Notes: generated by a model from the letters alone, not told the origin. DNA of 64,000 nt from an uncultured delta proteobacterium (GCA_963782055.1 CAWAIF010000003.1:2656001-2720000), one strand, 5' to 3'. Positions 19,280 through 29,054 are shown, numbered from the stretch's first letter. Translations and numbers: made by a program.

Positions 19280-20044
19280 ATGAAGCTCTCGGATCTGAAG
19301 ATCGTGGTCACCGGCGCGGCCGGTGGCATGGGCCGTCACTTCGCGCTGCGCCTCGCCGAGGCTGGCGCCCACGTCGCCATCGGCGACGTCAACGAGGCCG
19401 GGCTGACCGAGACCGCCGGCATGGCCAAGGGCCCCGGCAAGGTGCACGCCCGCAAGCTGAACGTCGCCGACGAGGCGGAGGTGGGCGCGTTCGTCGCGTG
19501 GGCGCACGAGGCCATGGGCGGCCTCAACGGCCTCATCAACAACGCCGGCATCCTGCGCGACGGCCTGCTCGTGAAGAAGGACCGCGAGACCGGCCAGATC
19601 AAGCGACTCACCAAGGAGCAGTGGGACGCGGTCATCGCCGTCAACCTCACCGGCGCCGTGCTCATGGTGCGCGAGGTGGTCGCCAAGATGGTGGAGACGG
19701 GGCAGAAGCCGGGCGTCGTCGTCAACATGTCCAGCGTCGCGCGGCATGGCAACCGGGGCCAGTCCAACTACACCGCGGCGAAGGCCGCCCTCGCCGCCGA
19801 CACCGTGACGTGGTGCCGGGAGTTCGCGCCCTTCGGCATCCGCGTCGGCGCGGTCGCGCCCGGCATGGTGGAGACGCCCATGACGCAGGGGATGAACCAG
19901 AAGGCGCGCGACGCGCTGGTCACCGCCATCCCGGTCGGTCGCATCGGCTTGCCGGAGGACCTCTGGCTGGCCGTGCGCTTCGTCCTGGAGTGCGACTACT
20001 TCAACGGCCGCACGATCGACGTCGACGGCGGCCTGAGCATGTGA
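19280..20044 (+). CDS. SDR family oxidoreductase (FabG-like)
   Basis: TGAAGGMG, INNAGILRD, NYTAAK and VDGG. RBS GAGGAG. Confidence 0.9.
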   Translation: MKLSDLKIVVTGAAGGMGRHFALRLAEAGAHVAIGDVNEAGLTETAGMAKGPGKVHARKLNVADEAEVGAFVAWAHEAMGGLNGLINNAGILRDGLLVKKDRETGQIKRLTKEQWDAVIAVNLTGAVLMVREVVAKMVETGQKPGVVVNMSSVARHGNRGQSNYTAAKAALAADTVTWCREFAPFGIRVGAVAPGMVETPMTQGMNQKARDALVTAIPVGRIGLPEDLWLAVRFVLECDYFNGRTIDVDGGLSM

Positions 20045-20055
20045 CGCCTCACCAG

Positions 20056-21183
20056 CTACTTGGGGGCCTTCATGACGAAGCCGTCGTTCAGGTTGCTGCT
20101 GTTGCCGTAGTCCGTCCAGTAGACGAAGGCGCTGTCGACAGCGACGAACTTGGGGACGTTCTGCTTGGTCGCGAAGTCGGTGGGCGTGCACTGGGCGAGT
20201 GAGCACTTGCGCACGATGCCGTCGGAGAGCTGGAAGTTGCCGCTGGCGACCCAGTACAGGTCGGTGGTGTCGGAGGTGATGCCGAAGGGATAGTGCTCCT
20301 GCAGCGCGACGGGGGACGTGCCGGCGTCGAAACCGGAGGTCTCCACGTAGGAGACCTTCCCCGGGTCGGCGAGGTTGGTCCAGTACAGCTTGCTCCCGGC
20401 CAGCGTCAGCCCGTAGGCGGGGGCCGGCGCGCCGGGCGCGGTGACGGTGACCGGTGTCCCGCCGCCGACGGGCACGCGCACGACCTCTCCGGTGTCGAGC
20501 GCGACGTAGACGTTGCCGCCCGTGACGACGAGGCCCTCGGCGTCGTCGGAGAAATCCGCCAGGTGCTGCGGCGTGCCGCTCGAGGCCGTCTTGTCGATCC
20601 GGTACAGATCGCCGGGGCCGTACTCGGTGAAGTAGACGTAGTTGCCGTCGACCGCGACGTAGTTGGGGGTCCCGGTGCCGTAGCCGCAGAGGGCGGTGGG
20701 CGCGTTCTGGCAGCCAGCCTTGTCGCAGCGGAAGATGGTGTCGACGGAGTTCCAGTAGAGGTAGGTGCCGTCCTGGGTGATGGAGCGCGGCCCGTAGCCC
20801 GCGGAGTTGTTGCCGTCGGCCATGGGGATGGCGCCGGAGCCGTCGACCTTGCTCGCGCGCATGACGCGGCTGGTGAGCGACTCGGTCCAGTAGACGTAGG
20901 TGTCGTCGACGATGATGTCCCACGGGCGGATGCCGGAGGCCAGCACGACGGGACCGCCGCCGCCGTCGCCGCCGTCCGACGCGGTGGCGTCGTCGCCGGT
21001 GTCGGGTGTGGCATCGCCGGTCGAGCCGGAGTCGCCCGCGTCGCCGCCGTCGGTCTGCGAGGTGGAGCCGTCGCCGCCGATGGTGTCGTCGACGGTGGGC
21101 TCCTGCAGGCCGAGGAGGCCGGAGCAGGCGAACAGGCCAGCCGAACCGGCGAGGGCGGCGAGGAGGAAGAGGGAGCGGCGCAT
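20056..21183 (-). CDS. Lipoprotein with a YWTD-like beta-propeller
   Basis: Lipobox LFAC and a DGG/DAG linker, then repeats YVYWTE, YLYWNS, YVYFTE, LYWTN, LYWVA and FVYWTD. Confidence 0.8.
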   Translation of the reverse strand: MRRSLFLLAALAGSAGLFACSGLLGLQEPTVDDTIGGDGSTSQTDGGDAGDSGSTGDATPDTGDDATASDGGDGGGGPVVLASGIRPWDIIVDDTYVYWTESLTSRVMRASKVDGSGAIPMADGNNSAGYGPRSITQDGTYLYWNSVDTIFRCDKAGCQNAPTALCGYGTGTPNYVAVDGNYVYFTEYGPGDLYRIDKTASSGTPQHLADFSDDAEGLVVTGGNVYVALDTGEVVRVPVGGGTPVTVTAPGAPAPAYGLTLAGSKLYWTNLADPGKVSYVETSGFDAGTSPVALQEHYPFGITSDTTDLYWVASGNFQLSDGIVRKCSLAQCTPTDFATKQNVPKFVAVDSAFVYWTDYGNSSNLNDGFVMKAPK

Positions 21184-22151
21184 CAGAAGGCACCTCCGAG
21201 GGTCACGCCGAGCGGGCCGCCCGCCGAGCCGGGCCGGACGTTCAGCGAGGCGGCCTCTCTGGTGTGGGCCTTCGGCGCGAGGAAGAAGACCACCGCGCCG
21301 CCGGCGACGAGCGCGGCGCCGGCGATGATGGCGACCGTCGAGATGGTGCCGGCCGTCATCGCGTCGTCCACCAGGGCCTTGCCCGCGGTGTTGCAGCGCG
21401 AGAAGTCGGGCAGGCAGAGGCTCGGGTCGCTCGCCTGGTTCTTCTTGTCGATGGCCACCGCGCCGAAGACGCCGCCGACGACCAGGCCCACCAGGCCCGC
21501 GCCGGCGATGGCCGCGCCCGCGATGCGCTGCCCGGTGCCGCTGCTTCCCCTCGCGGCGCCGCCCGGGCTCGCCTGCTCACCCGGGACCTCGGCCAGCGCG
21601 GGGATGGTGACCGACTCCTTCGCGCCGCCCGCGGTGACGTTGACGTCGGTGTGGAAGCTCTCGCGGCCCGGGGCGCCCGCGTCGATGACGTGCCGCCCCG
21701 GATCGACCGGGATGGCGACGTTGTAGCTGCCGGCCTCCAGCACCGCGCCATCGCGCTTGATCTGCAGACCATCCACCGGATCCTTCACCACGACGGTGAG
21801 CCGGCTGAGGGTGGGCTCGAGCTCCTTGGCCTTCGCCCGCGCCTTCTCCGCCCAGTCGGGGTGGCGATCCTGCGAGGCGGTGGCCGCGTCGGTGTAGGTC
21901 ACCCACGCGCTCGCCGTCTGGCCGTTGTGCTCGTAGCACGCGGCGAGGTTGAGGAGGGTGCCCGCGCCGGGGTCCAGCTTCTGGCTGCTCTCCAGCTTGG
22001 GACAGGCGGCGGCGAAGTCGCCCTTGTCCATGAGCTGGCGGCCCTCCTCGAAGAGCGTCTGCGCGGCCGCCTTGTTGTCGGCGCCGCCGGCGTGGGCGAG
22101 GGCGGGAGCCAGGAGCAAGGCGCAAGCGAGTGCGAGGTGGCGAGCTCTCAT
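21183..22151 (-). CDS. Secreted TPR + PEGA-like protein with a Gly-rich hydrophobic C-terminus
   Basis: Signal ending AHA, AAQTLFEEG...ACPKLESS..LDP..GTLLNLA, PVDPGRHVI, two hydrophobic segments, and the C-terminus LGVTLGGAF. Confidence 0.8.
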   Translation of the reverse strand: MRARHLALACALLLAPALAHAGGADNKAAAQTLFEEGRQLMDKGDFAAACPKLESSQKLDPGAGTLLNLAACYEHNGQTASAWVTYTDAATASQDRHPDWAEKARAKAKELEPTLSRLTVVVKDPVDGLQIKRDGAVLEAGSYNVAIPVDPGRHVIDAGAPGRESFHTDVNVTAGGAKESVTIPALAEVPGEQASPGGAARGSSGTGQRIAGAAIAGAGLVGLVVGGVFGAVAIDKKNQASDPSLCLPDFSRCNTAGKALVDDAMTAGTISTVAIIAGAALVAGGAVVFFLAPKAHTREAASLNVRPGSAGGPLGVTLGGAF

Positions 22152-22195
22152 CGGAGGCAGGAGGATACAAGAAGCGGCCGGGCCGCGCCCCGACT

Positions 22196-23722
22196 TCAGT
22201 TGCGCGTGCTGGGCAGCAGATCGCCGCCGCCCGTCGCGGTCGTCGTGGCGGAGGGGACCGGCGCAGTCCTCGCGCCGGCGTCGGGTTTCGCGGCCACGCG
22301 GGGCTTGGCGCCGGCGGTCTCGTGATGGGGGGGGTGGTGTAGCCCGAGCTCCGGCGGGGGCGGGTGATCCGGCCCGTTCACCAGCGGCGGCGTATCGGGA
22401 TCCCGCGTGCTCGGCGTGGGCACGACGAGCGGCGGGGGCGCAGGGGTCGTCGCCGGCGGCGCCGGGACGGTGGACTGCGTCGGTGCGGGGGGAGGGGGGG
22501 CCGTGGGGCTCCCGGTCGCCGTTTTCCCGTGGAAGGCGAAGAAGCCACCGGCCGCGGCGCCCATGGCGACCAGCACCCCGGCCACGAAGGGCCACGCGGC
22601 GCGGCGGCGTGTCGACGGAGCCGCCTCGGCGACCTGCGTCTTGTCCCACGCGACGTCGGTGCTGTTGCCCGCCACGCGCAGCGACGGGCGGTCCGGCGGG
22701 GGAGGGACGTCGCTCAGGATGGTCTTCTCGTTGCCGGTGATCTTGCCGGGGTCCGTGGCGCCGCCTGTCGTGCTCAGCCGCGGGCCGCTGCCGGTCGTCG
22801 CGAGCACCGCGCCGGACACGCTCGCCGCGGCGACCGCCGAGGCGAAGGGGACGAGGGCGTCCACCAGATCGGCCACGGTGGCGAAGCGATCCTCGCGCGA
22901 CTTCTCGAGGCACTTGAGGATCACCGCCTCCAGCGCGCGCGGCAGGTCCGGCCGCAGCTGGGAGGGTGGGCGCGGGGCGTCGGCGATCACCATCGCGGTG
23001 AGCTGCGTGACCGACTCGGCGGGGAAGGGGACGCGGCCGGTGAGGAGCTCGTAGAGGATGGCCCCGAGGGCCCAGATGTCGGTGCGCGCGTCCACGTCGC
23101 GCGCGGAGCGGAGCTGCTCGGGCGACATGTAGTTGGGCGAGCCCATCACCTGCGTGGTGCTGGTGAGGGACATGTCCCCCGCCTCGTCCATCATCTTGGA
23201 GATGCCGAAGTCCAGCACCTTCACGACCTGCTTGCCCCCGAGCTTCTCGGTGAGAAACAGGTTCTTCGGCTTGAGGTCGCGGTGGACGATGCCGAGGGAG
23301 TGCGCCTCGGCGACCGCCTCGCACGCCTGCATCACGAAGTCGACGGCGAGCTGAACGGGCAGCGGGCCCTGGCGCTCGAGGTGGTGATCGAGGTCGTTGC
23401 CCTCCAGGAACTCCATGACCATGTACGGCGCGCCGTCGTCCAGCTTGCCTACGTCGGTCACCTTGGCCACGTGGTCGCTCTTGAGGCGGACCGCCGCGCG
23501 GGCCTCTCGCTCGAAGCGGGCCACGTGCTCGGGGTGGGCCGTCGCCGGCCGGAACATGAACTTCAGCGCGACGAGCTGGCCGAGCTGCAGGTGCGTGGCC
23601 GCGACCACCACGCCCATGCCGCCCACGCCGAGCACGCGCTCCACGCGGAACTTGCCGCCGAGCACCTCGCCCGGCTGGACGGGATCCTGACTGTCCGGGG
23701 TGGCCTCGTCACCAGAGCGCAT
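22196..23722 (-). CDS. Membrane Ser/Thr protein kinase
   Basis: GVGGMG, VALK, HRDLKPKN, DFG and SPEQ; one TM and a Pro-rich tail. Confidence 0.92.
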   Translation of the reverse strand: MRSGDEATPDSQDPVQPGEVLGGKFRVERVLGVGGMGVVVAATHLQLGQLVALKFMFRPATAHPEHVARFEREARAAVRLKSDHVAKVTDVGKLDDGAPYMVMEFLEGNDLDHHLERQGPLPVQLAVDFVMQACEAVAEAHSLGIVHRDLKPKNLFLTEKLGGKQVVKVLDFGISKMMDEAGDMSLTSTTQVMGSPNYMSPEQLRSARDVDARTDIWALGAILYELLTGRVPFPAESVTQLTAMVIADAPRPPSQLRPDLPRALEAVILKCLEKSREDRFATVADLVDALVPFASAVAAASVSGAVLATTGSGPRLSTTGGATDPGKITGNEKTILSDVPPPPDRPSLRVAGNSTDVAWDKTQVAEAAPSTRRRAAWPFVAGVLVAMGAAAGGFFAFHGKTATGSPTAPPPPAPTQSTVPAPPATTPAPPPLVVPTPSTRDPDTPPLVNGPDHPPPPELGLHHPPHHETAGAKPRVAAKPDAGARTAPVPSATTTATGGGDLLPSTRN

Positions 23723-23810
23723 GGTTGCCGCCGCAGAACATTAGCAGAGCCTCGCCCATTGGACGAACGCCGGCCCGCAACAATCCAATCCTCGTCCCTG
23801 GCCGATCCGC

Positions 23811-24137
23811 TCAGGCGGCGGAGACGCCGGCGGCCCGCAGCTCCTTGGCCAGCTCGCCGGACTGGTGCATCTCGGTGACGATGTCGCACCCGCCCAGGAA
23901 CTTCCCCTTCACGTAGAGCTGGGGGATCGTCGGCCAGTTGGAGAACTCCTTGATTCCCTGGCGGATCTCCGGGTCGGAGAGGACGTTCACCGTCTCGAAG
24001 GGGACGCCCTCCCGCTTGAGCACCTCCACCACCGCGTTGGAGAAGCCGCACTGCGGAAAGCTCTTGGTGCCCTTCATGAAGAGGACCACGTCGCTCTTCT
24101 GGACGAGCTCCTGGATGCGCTGCTTGACGTCGCTCAT
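23811..24137 (-). CDS. grxD: Monothiol glutaredoxin Grx4
   Basis: LFMKG...[15 protein letters not shown] and GGCDI. Confidence 0.95.
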   Translation of the reverse strand: MSDVKQRIQELVQKSDVVLFMKGTKSFPQCGFSNAVVEVLKREGVPFETVNVLSDPEIRQGIKEFSNWPTIPQLYVKGKFLGGCDIVTEMHQSGELAKELRAAGVSAA

Positions 24138-24144
24138 GATGTCC

Positions 24145-24378
24145 TCAACCTTCCTTGGCGCGCGTGGTGAGCGCGAGGGCGTGGATGTCCTTCTGCATGT
24201 GGGGCCCCAGGGCGCCGTAGACGAGCTGGTGCTGCTCGATGCGGCTCTTGCCGCGAAACTGCGGCGCCACCACCGTGGCCTGGAAGTGATCGGCCGTGCC
24301 GGTGAGGTCCTGCACGTCGACCTCCGCCCCGGGCAGCGCCTGGAGCAGGATCTCGCGGATGCGGCGGGTCTCCATCAT
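24145..24378 (-). CDS. bolA: BolA/IbaG family protein
   Basis: DHFQATVV...[15 protein letters not shown]...IHALAL; adjacent to grxD. Confidence 0.92.
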   Translation of the reverse strand: MMETRRIREILLQALPGAEVDVQDLTGTADHFQATVVAPQFRGKSRIEQHQLVYGALGPHMQKDIHALALTTRAKEG

Positions 24379-24385
24379 GGAAGGG

Positions 24386-24416
24386 AATGTATTGAGGCGC
24401 GACGCCGCGCTGTCAA
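24386..24416 (-). promoter_or_regulatory. Putative sigma70-type promoter for bolA-grxD
   Basis: Minus strand TTGACA-N19-TACATT, 7 nt before the ATG. The spacer is longer than optimal. Confidence 0.5.
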
Positions 24417-25327
24417 GCCGCGCGCATGAGGCGCAGGAGCAGGGCCTTCTGGACGTGCAGGCGGTTCTCGGCCTGATCCCAGACGCGTGAGCGGGCGCCC
24501 TCGAAGGTCTCCTCGTCGATCTCCTCGCCGCGGTGGGCGGGCAGGCAGTGCAGCACGATGGCGTCCCGGGCGGCGGCGGCGAGCAGGGCTGTCGTCACCG
24601 TCCAGCCCTCGAAGGCGAGCTTGCGCCTGGCGACCTCTTCCTCCTGACCCATGCTCGTCCAGACGTCGGTGTTGACGACGTGCGCGCCCTTGACCGCGTC
24701 GAGCGCGCGCGTGGTGAAGCTCGCGTACCCCGCCTTCTCCGCGCGCTCCTTCTCCTGCCTCGGGGGGAAGTAGCCCTCCGGCGACGCCAAGGCGAGGTGG
24801 AAGCCGAAGAGCTCGGCCGCCTCGAGGAAGGAGCGCGCCATGTTGCTCGAGCCGTCCCCGACCCAGGCGACGCGCATGCCCTTGATGGATCGCCCGAGCT
24901 GCTCCTCGATGGTGAAGACGTCGCAGAGGACCTGCACGGGGTGGCCATCATCGGTGAGGGCGTTGAGGACCGGGACGCTGGCGTACTGCGCCATCTCTTC
25001 GAGGCGCGCGGTGGCGCTGGTGCGGAAGACGATGGCGTCGCAGTAGCGGGAGAGCACGCGTGCGGTGTCCTTCATCGGCTCGCCGCGGGCGAGCTGGCTG
25101 CCCTGCGTGGTGAGCACCACCGGGTGGCCGCCGAGCTGCGCGACGCCCACCTCGAAGGAGACGCGGGTGCGCGTGGAGGCCTTCTCCATCACGATCGCGA
25201 CGGCGCGGCCGGCGAGGGCGTGGAGGCGCATGCCGCGCGGCTCCGCCTTGAGCGCCCCGGCGAGGGCGAGGGTCTCGCGCGCGACGTCGTGGGAGAGATC
25301 GGAGAGGCGGAGGAAGTCGCGGTTCAT
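24413..25327 (-). CDS. argF: Ornithine carbamoyltransferase
   Basis: KASTRTRVSFE, HPVQ, DVWTSMG, HCLP and QAENR. Confidence 0.95.
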   Translation of the reverse strand: MNRDFLRLSDLSHDVARETLALAGALKAEPRGMRLHALAGRAVAIVMEKASTRTRVSFEVGVAQLGGHPVVLTTQGSQLARGEPMKDTARVLSRYCDAIVFRTSATARLEEMAQYASVPVLNALTDDGHPVQVLCDVFTIEEQLGRSIKGMRVAWVGDGSSNMARSFLEAAELFGFHLALASPEGYFPPRQEKERAEKAGYASFTTRALDAVKGAHVVNTDVWTSMGQEEEVARRKLAFEGWTVTTALLAAAARDAIVLHCLPAHRGEEIDEETFEGARSRVWDQAENRLHVQKALLLRLMRAA

Positions 25328-25351
25328 GGCGGGAGTCTTATCATGCCCCTG

Positions 25352-25801
25352 CTACTGGCACTTCACCGTGCCCTGGCACGCCGCGTAGGCCGTCTTGCAG
25401 CCGGGCGTGCCCAGACACGTCTGTAGCGCGGACGACTCTGCCTGGCAGTGCGCCAGGACGCAGCTCGTGTCGGAGGACGCGCACGGCGCGGGGCCGGCCT
25501 CGGTCGCGGTCGTCGCGTCGGTGATGCACTGGGTGTACGCCGGGTACTCGACGGGGCAGCAGCTCGTCGCGGCGTCGTCGATGCATGTGGTGCACGCGGG
25601 CGTGTAGCAGGCGGTCTCGCAACCGGAGTCGCCGTTGCACGCGCACATGCAGTCGTGAACCGTCTCGCCGCACTTCCCGTAGTCGGGCGTCGCCGCGTCG
25701 CCTCCGTCATCGGTCGCCGCGTCGCTCGTCCCGGCGTCGATGCCGGACGCCGACGTGCCGCCGCACGCGGCGAGGAGGCAGAGGATCCCGAGGGCGCGCA
25801 T
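25352..25801 (-). CDS. Cys-rich lipoprotein
   Basis: MRALGILCLLAAC, a DAG linker and repeated CxxC/CxxxC/CC motifs. Confidence 0.75.
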   Translation of the reverse strand: MRALGILCLLAACGGTSASGIDAGTSDAATDDGGDAATPDYGKCGETVHDCMCACNGDSGCETACYTPACTTCIDDAATSCCPVEYPAYTQCITDATTATEAGPAPCASSDTSCVLAHCQAESSALQTCLGTPGCKTAYAACQGTVKCQ

Positions 25802-25990
25802 CCCTCGAGGCTAGCGGATTCTCGTCTCCTGCGGGGATCCTCCCCTCGATTTCGACCCGACGCGACGGGCGCGATGTGGGCCTTGTTCGCGGGCCATGGT
25901 TTGGTGAGTATCTCCGCCATGTCGAGCGTGCTCGCGGTCGTGTCCAAGGCGGTGTTCGAGGAGTCTCGAACGAGAATCGGAGGGATCCAC

Positions 25991-26346
25991 GTGACTGGCC
26001 GGTGTGTACTGGTGTTCCTCGCCCTCCTGGGGCCGCGGCCTGCGACGAGCTGGCGAATCGGAACCCGTGCGCGGGTGAGTGTCGGGCACGGGGGGCGTGC
26101 ACGAAGCGGGTCGAGGGCGGCGCGACGTACTGCGACACCACGTCCAACGAGGCCTGCCTCCGATCGGACGGTTGCCGGGAGAACGGCGACTGCTCCCTCA
26201 ACTCGGACCTCGGCCGCTGCGAACCGGCGAGCGTGGAGGATTGTCGGCGCTCGGTGGAGTGCAAGACACCCAAGCGGTGCTCGCTGAAGGAGGCCCACGG
26301 CAATGACATGCTGGGGGTCCACCTGCCGGCGTCGTGCGTCGAGTAG
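25991..26346 (+). pseudogene. Cys-repeat lipoprotein with an apparent 1-nt deletion in a G-run
   Basis: GGAGGGA RBS and GTG start give VTGRCVLVFLALLG. Adding one G at 26029-26032 joins this to AAAC-DELANRNPCAGEC...CVE-stop. Confidence 0.55.
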
Positions 26347-26360
26347 CGCGACGCGGCGAC

Positions 26361-26762
26361 TCAGGAGAAGTCGGTGGCCGGGAGCCCGACGCCGGGGCCG
26401 AAGACGGCGATGTTTTGACGCCCGTTGGGGTCCACGCGCAGCTCCAGCGTGGCGCCCGGGAGGACGAGAGGGCGCAGGTTGGCGGGGATGAAGAGCGAGC
26501 ACGAGCACTCGTAAGGAGGCTTGCCGGGGATCTCCACGTCGATCGACACGGTCCGCACCTCGTAGTAGCCGCGCGTCGCGTCGCCTCGCGCGCTCCGCTG
26601 CGATCCCACCTTGAGCAGGATCCCCCGGGCGGGAACGCCGTTCTGGAGGAGGGCGTAGCAATCCTGGGGCCCCGACAGCCACGACGACGCGCCCGGCGCG
26701 CGGGGCTTGCGGAAGAGGAAGTACAGGACGATCGCCGCGAGGGCGGCCAGGACGAGCTTCAT
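26361..26762 (-). CDS. Small N-terminally membrane-anchored beta-rich hypothetical protein
   Basis: MKLVLAALAAIVLYFLFRK, LLQNGVPARGILLKV and LPGATLELRVDP; 2 nt downstream of the last YbjQ gene. Confidence 0.75.
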   Translation of the reverse strand: MKLVLAALAAIVLYFLFRKPRAPGASSWLSGPQDCYALLQNGVPARGILLKVGSQRSARGDATRGYYEVRTVSIDVEIPGKPPYECSCSLFIPANLRPLVLPGATLELRVDPNGRQNIAVFGPGVGLPATDFS

Positions 26763-26764
26763 CT

Positions 26765-28222
26765 TCAGTCTCCTCCGGCCGCCTCAGCGGCCTCGGCGGC
26801 GACCTCCTGGGCGAACGTCGTCTGCTCGTCCAGCTCGGTCGCGAGCTCCTCGGCCTCCTCGGCCGCGATCTTGATGTCGTCCATGGCCTCCTCGCCCACG
26901 CTCTGCGCGTCGCGTCTCCGCCCGACCGGGAGCATCGACAGCACGAGAGGCGGCATGTCTTTCTCTCTTCCCTGCGGACCGGCGACGCGCCGGACGCCGG
27001 TCCCGAACCAGCTCACCTCGACGTCCAGATCGTTCAGCTCGCAGCCGGCGAACCCGCAGGAGACCTCGTGGATGTTCACCGTGAGGTCGCTCCCGATGAC
27101 GTACTCGGCAGAGGCGGCGTGCGCCTGCCGGAGGAGCTTGTCGGCGGCGATGGTGCGGGCTTGCTCGATGGCGTGCTTGGCCTGGGGGATCACCATCGGC
27201 GTGAGCCCGGCGTACTCGAAGGTGCACGCGAGCTGGACTGTCCCCGAGCCCTCGACCACGCAGTCGTAGTGGGTGACCTTGCCGCCGGCCACGACCTCGA
27301 TCCGGAAGGGCGTGCGGTTGTGGCCGCCCCGGACCGAGTACTGCTTCACGTTGACCCGGTAGTGGCCGCGCGGAGCCGACCCGTGCGCCCAGTACACGTT
27401 CTCGATGGGCGTGCTGCTGCCTCCGCTCACGTTCATGTCGACGTCCAGCTCGCCTCCGCACTGCGACTTCTTGTGCGAGAAGGAGATCTCCTCGCCGGAG
27501 GGAGGGACCACGTGCAGGTCGAGATCGTTGGTGTTGTTCCACAGGAGCGAGATGCGGAGCTCGCCGGTCGCGCCGCCCTCTCGCTGCAGGCGCTGGCTGA
27601 ACTCGGGATCAAGGTCGGTCGGGTTGAGGACGTGCCAGACGTGATAGCGGCAGAACTCGAACAGAAAGCCGCACGGCTGGAAGCCGTCCTGGTGCAGCGC
27701 CCAGACGTCCTGACCGGACAGATCGGTGAGGATGGGCTTGCCCGGCGGGTGGGCCATCCACGGCGCCTTGACCGCGGTGCCGATGACGGTGAACTCCAGC
27801 ACCTCGCCGCCGTTGTCGCCTCCCTTGCCCCGCGAGCCCATGGTGATCATGCGGTCGCGGATGTGCACGCCCACGACCGCGTCCGCCTCGACCAGCGCCG
27901 CCTCCTGCTGGAGGCGATCGAGCGCGAGGTGCCGCGAGCGACGGTGCGCGTCGCTGATGGCGGTGACCTCCTTCGTCTCGCCCCTGTAGCTGGAGATCTC
28001 GCCGACGTGGAACACGCTGCTCCCCATCACCTGGGCGATCGGCTCGCAGCCCGCGCCGCGCGCGAGAAGAAACTCGCTGACCGAGAGATCGCTCGTGAAG
28101 AGGCGGCGGTGCGCGCCTCTCTCCTCCGCCAGTCGCTCCTCGGCGCGCAGCGGGATGCCGCCCGCGGCGACCCGCTGGAGGCTCTTCTTGACTTCGATGG
28201 GCGGGCGCGTGCGGGAGCTCAT
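26765..28222 (-). CDS. Tandem YbjQ/UPF0145-domain protein with an inserted YfaP/DUF2135-like domain
   Basis: FTSDLSVSEF...ADAVVGV...EFTVIGTAV and TDLSGQDVW; the insert reads ELRISLLWNNTNDLDLHVVPPSGE...GGELDVD...ENVYW...G.YRVNV. Confidence 0.8.
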   Translation of the reverse strand: MSSRTRPPIEVKKSLQRVAAGGIPLRAEERLAEERGAHRRLFTSDLSVSEFLLARGAGCEPIAQVMGSSVFHVGEISSYRGETKEVTAISDAHRRSRHLALDRLQQEAALVEADAVVGVHIRDRMITMGSRGKGGDNGGEVLEFTVIGTAVKAPWMAHPPGKPILTDLSGQDVWALHQDGFQPCGFLFEFCRYHVWHVLNPTDLDPEFSQRLQREGGATGELRISLLWNNTNDLDLHVVPPSGEEISFSHKKSQCGGELDVDMNVSGGSSTPIENVYWAHGSAPRGHYRVNVKQYSVRGGHNRTPFRIEVVAGGKVTHYDCVVEGSGTVQLACTFEYAGLTPMVIPQAKHAIEQARTIAADKLLRQAHAASAEYVIGSDLTVNIHEVSCGFAGCELNDLDVEVSWFGTGVRRVAGPQGREKDMPPLVLSMLPVGRRRDAQSVGEEAMDDIKIAAEEAEELATELDEQTTFAQEVAAEAAEAAGGD

Positions 28223-28244
28223 GGGATCTCGAATCCTCGAAGGG

Positions 28245-29054
28245 TTAGCGGTCCAGAGGGACGACGAGGCGGGGCTTGGGCATCATCATCCCGCGGCGCG
28301 GATCGTCGGGGGCGAGGGGCGCGATGGCCGTGCCGAGCGCGGTGAACTCGACGATCGGCGGGCCCGCGGGCCCCTGCTCGCCGTAGGTGGCCTCGCGCAC
28401 GGTCATGCCGACGATCCCCTCGGGGGCGTCCGGGCTGCCCTCCGGCCACGCCTTGAACAGATCGTGCTGCAGCCGGTCCATGGCGAGCTCGCGCGCGTCG
28501 AAGAAGGCCTGCGTGTAAGGCGTGATCTCGGTGTCCTGGCCGCGGAAGGCCCGCAGGGCGCGCGGGTCGAGGCCGTAGACGCAGTTGCCCATCGCCACGG
28601 TCACCGGCCGGTAGCCGGCCGCGAGCAGGGTCGCGAAGTCGGCGGCGCTGAGGTCGCTGTCGAAGGGGGAGCCGTCGCTGCGATGCAGCGCGGGGGCGGT
28701 CTTGATCGCCTCGGGGCAGTGATCGCGATCGAAGAGGACGGCGGTGCCCAGCACCGTGCACTCGACCACCTGGCGCCCGCCCCGCCAGAGGTGGTGCGAC
28801 ACCTCCATGCGGACCTGGACCACCCCGTCGGCGTGGAGCGCGTGGGCCTGCTCGCGAAGGTCGGCGATGGCGAGGTGCCGGGCTTCGCGCATGGCATAGC
28901 TGAGCTGCTGGATCTCGCCGGTCGAGACGACCCAGTCGTAGGGGGTGCCGGCGCTGAAGACCGCCGAGCCGATGACCAGGCCGCAGGGGTGGAACCCGAC
29001 GCGCGCCAGGGTGACGAACTCGGTGGCCGAGAGGTCGCTGAGGGCGGGGGTCAT
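28245..29054 (-). CDS. Tandem YbjQ/UPF0145-domain protein
   Basis: SDLSATEF, ADGVVQV, GTAV, FDSDLSAADF, MGNCVY, DARELAM and EFTALGTAI. Confidence 0.8.
   Translation of the reverse strand: MTPALSDLSATEFVTLARVGFHPCGLVIGSAVFSAGTPYDWVVSTGEIQQLSYAMREARHLAIADLREQAHALHADGVVQVRMEVSHHLWRGGRQVVECTVLGTAVLFDRDHCPEAIKTAPALHRSDGSPFDSDLSAADFATLLAAGYRPVTVAMGNCVYGLDPRALRAFRGQDTEITPYTQAFFDARELAMDRLQHDLFKAWPEGSPDAPEGIVGMTVREATYGEQGPAGPPIVEFTALGTAIAPLAPDDPRRGMMMPKPRLVVPLDR

Noticed and set aside
23811..24378. grxD-bolA pair as a novelty
   Set aside because: This is a well-known conserved Fe-S trafficking pair.
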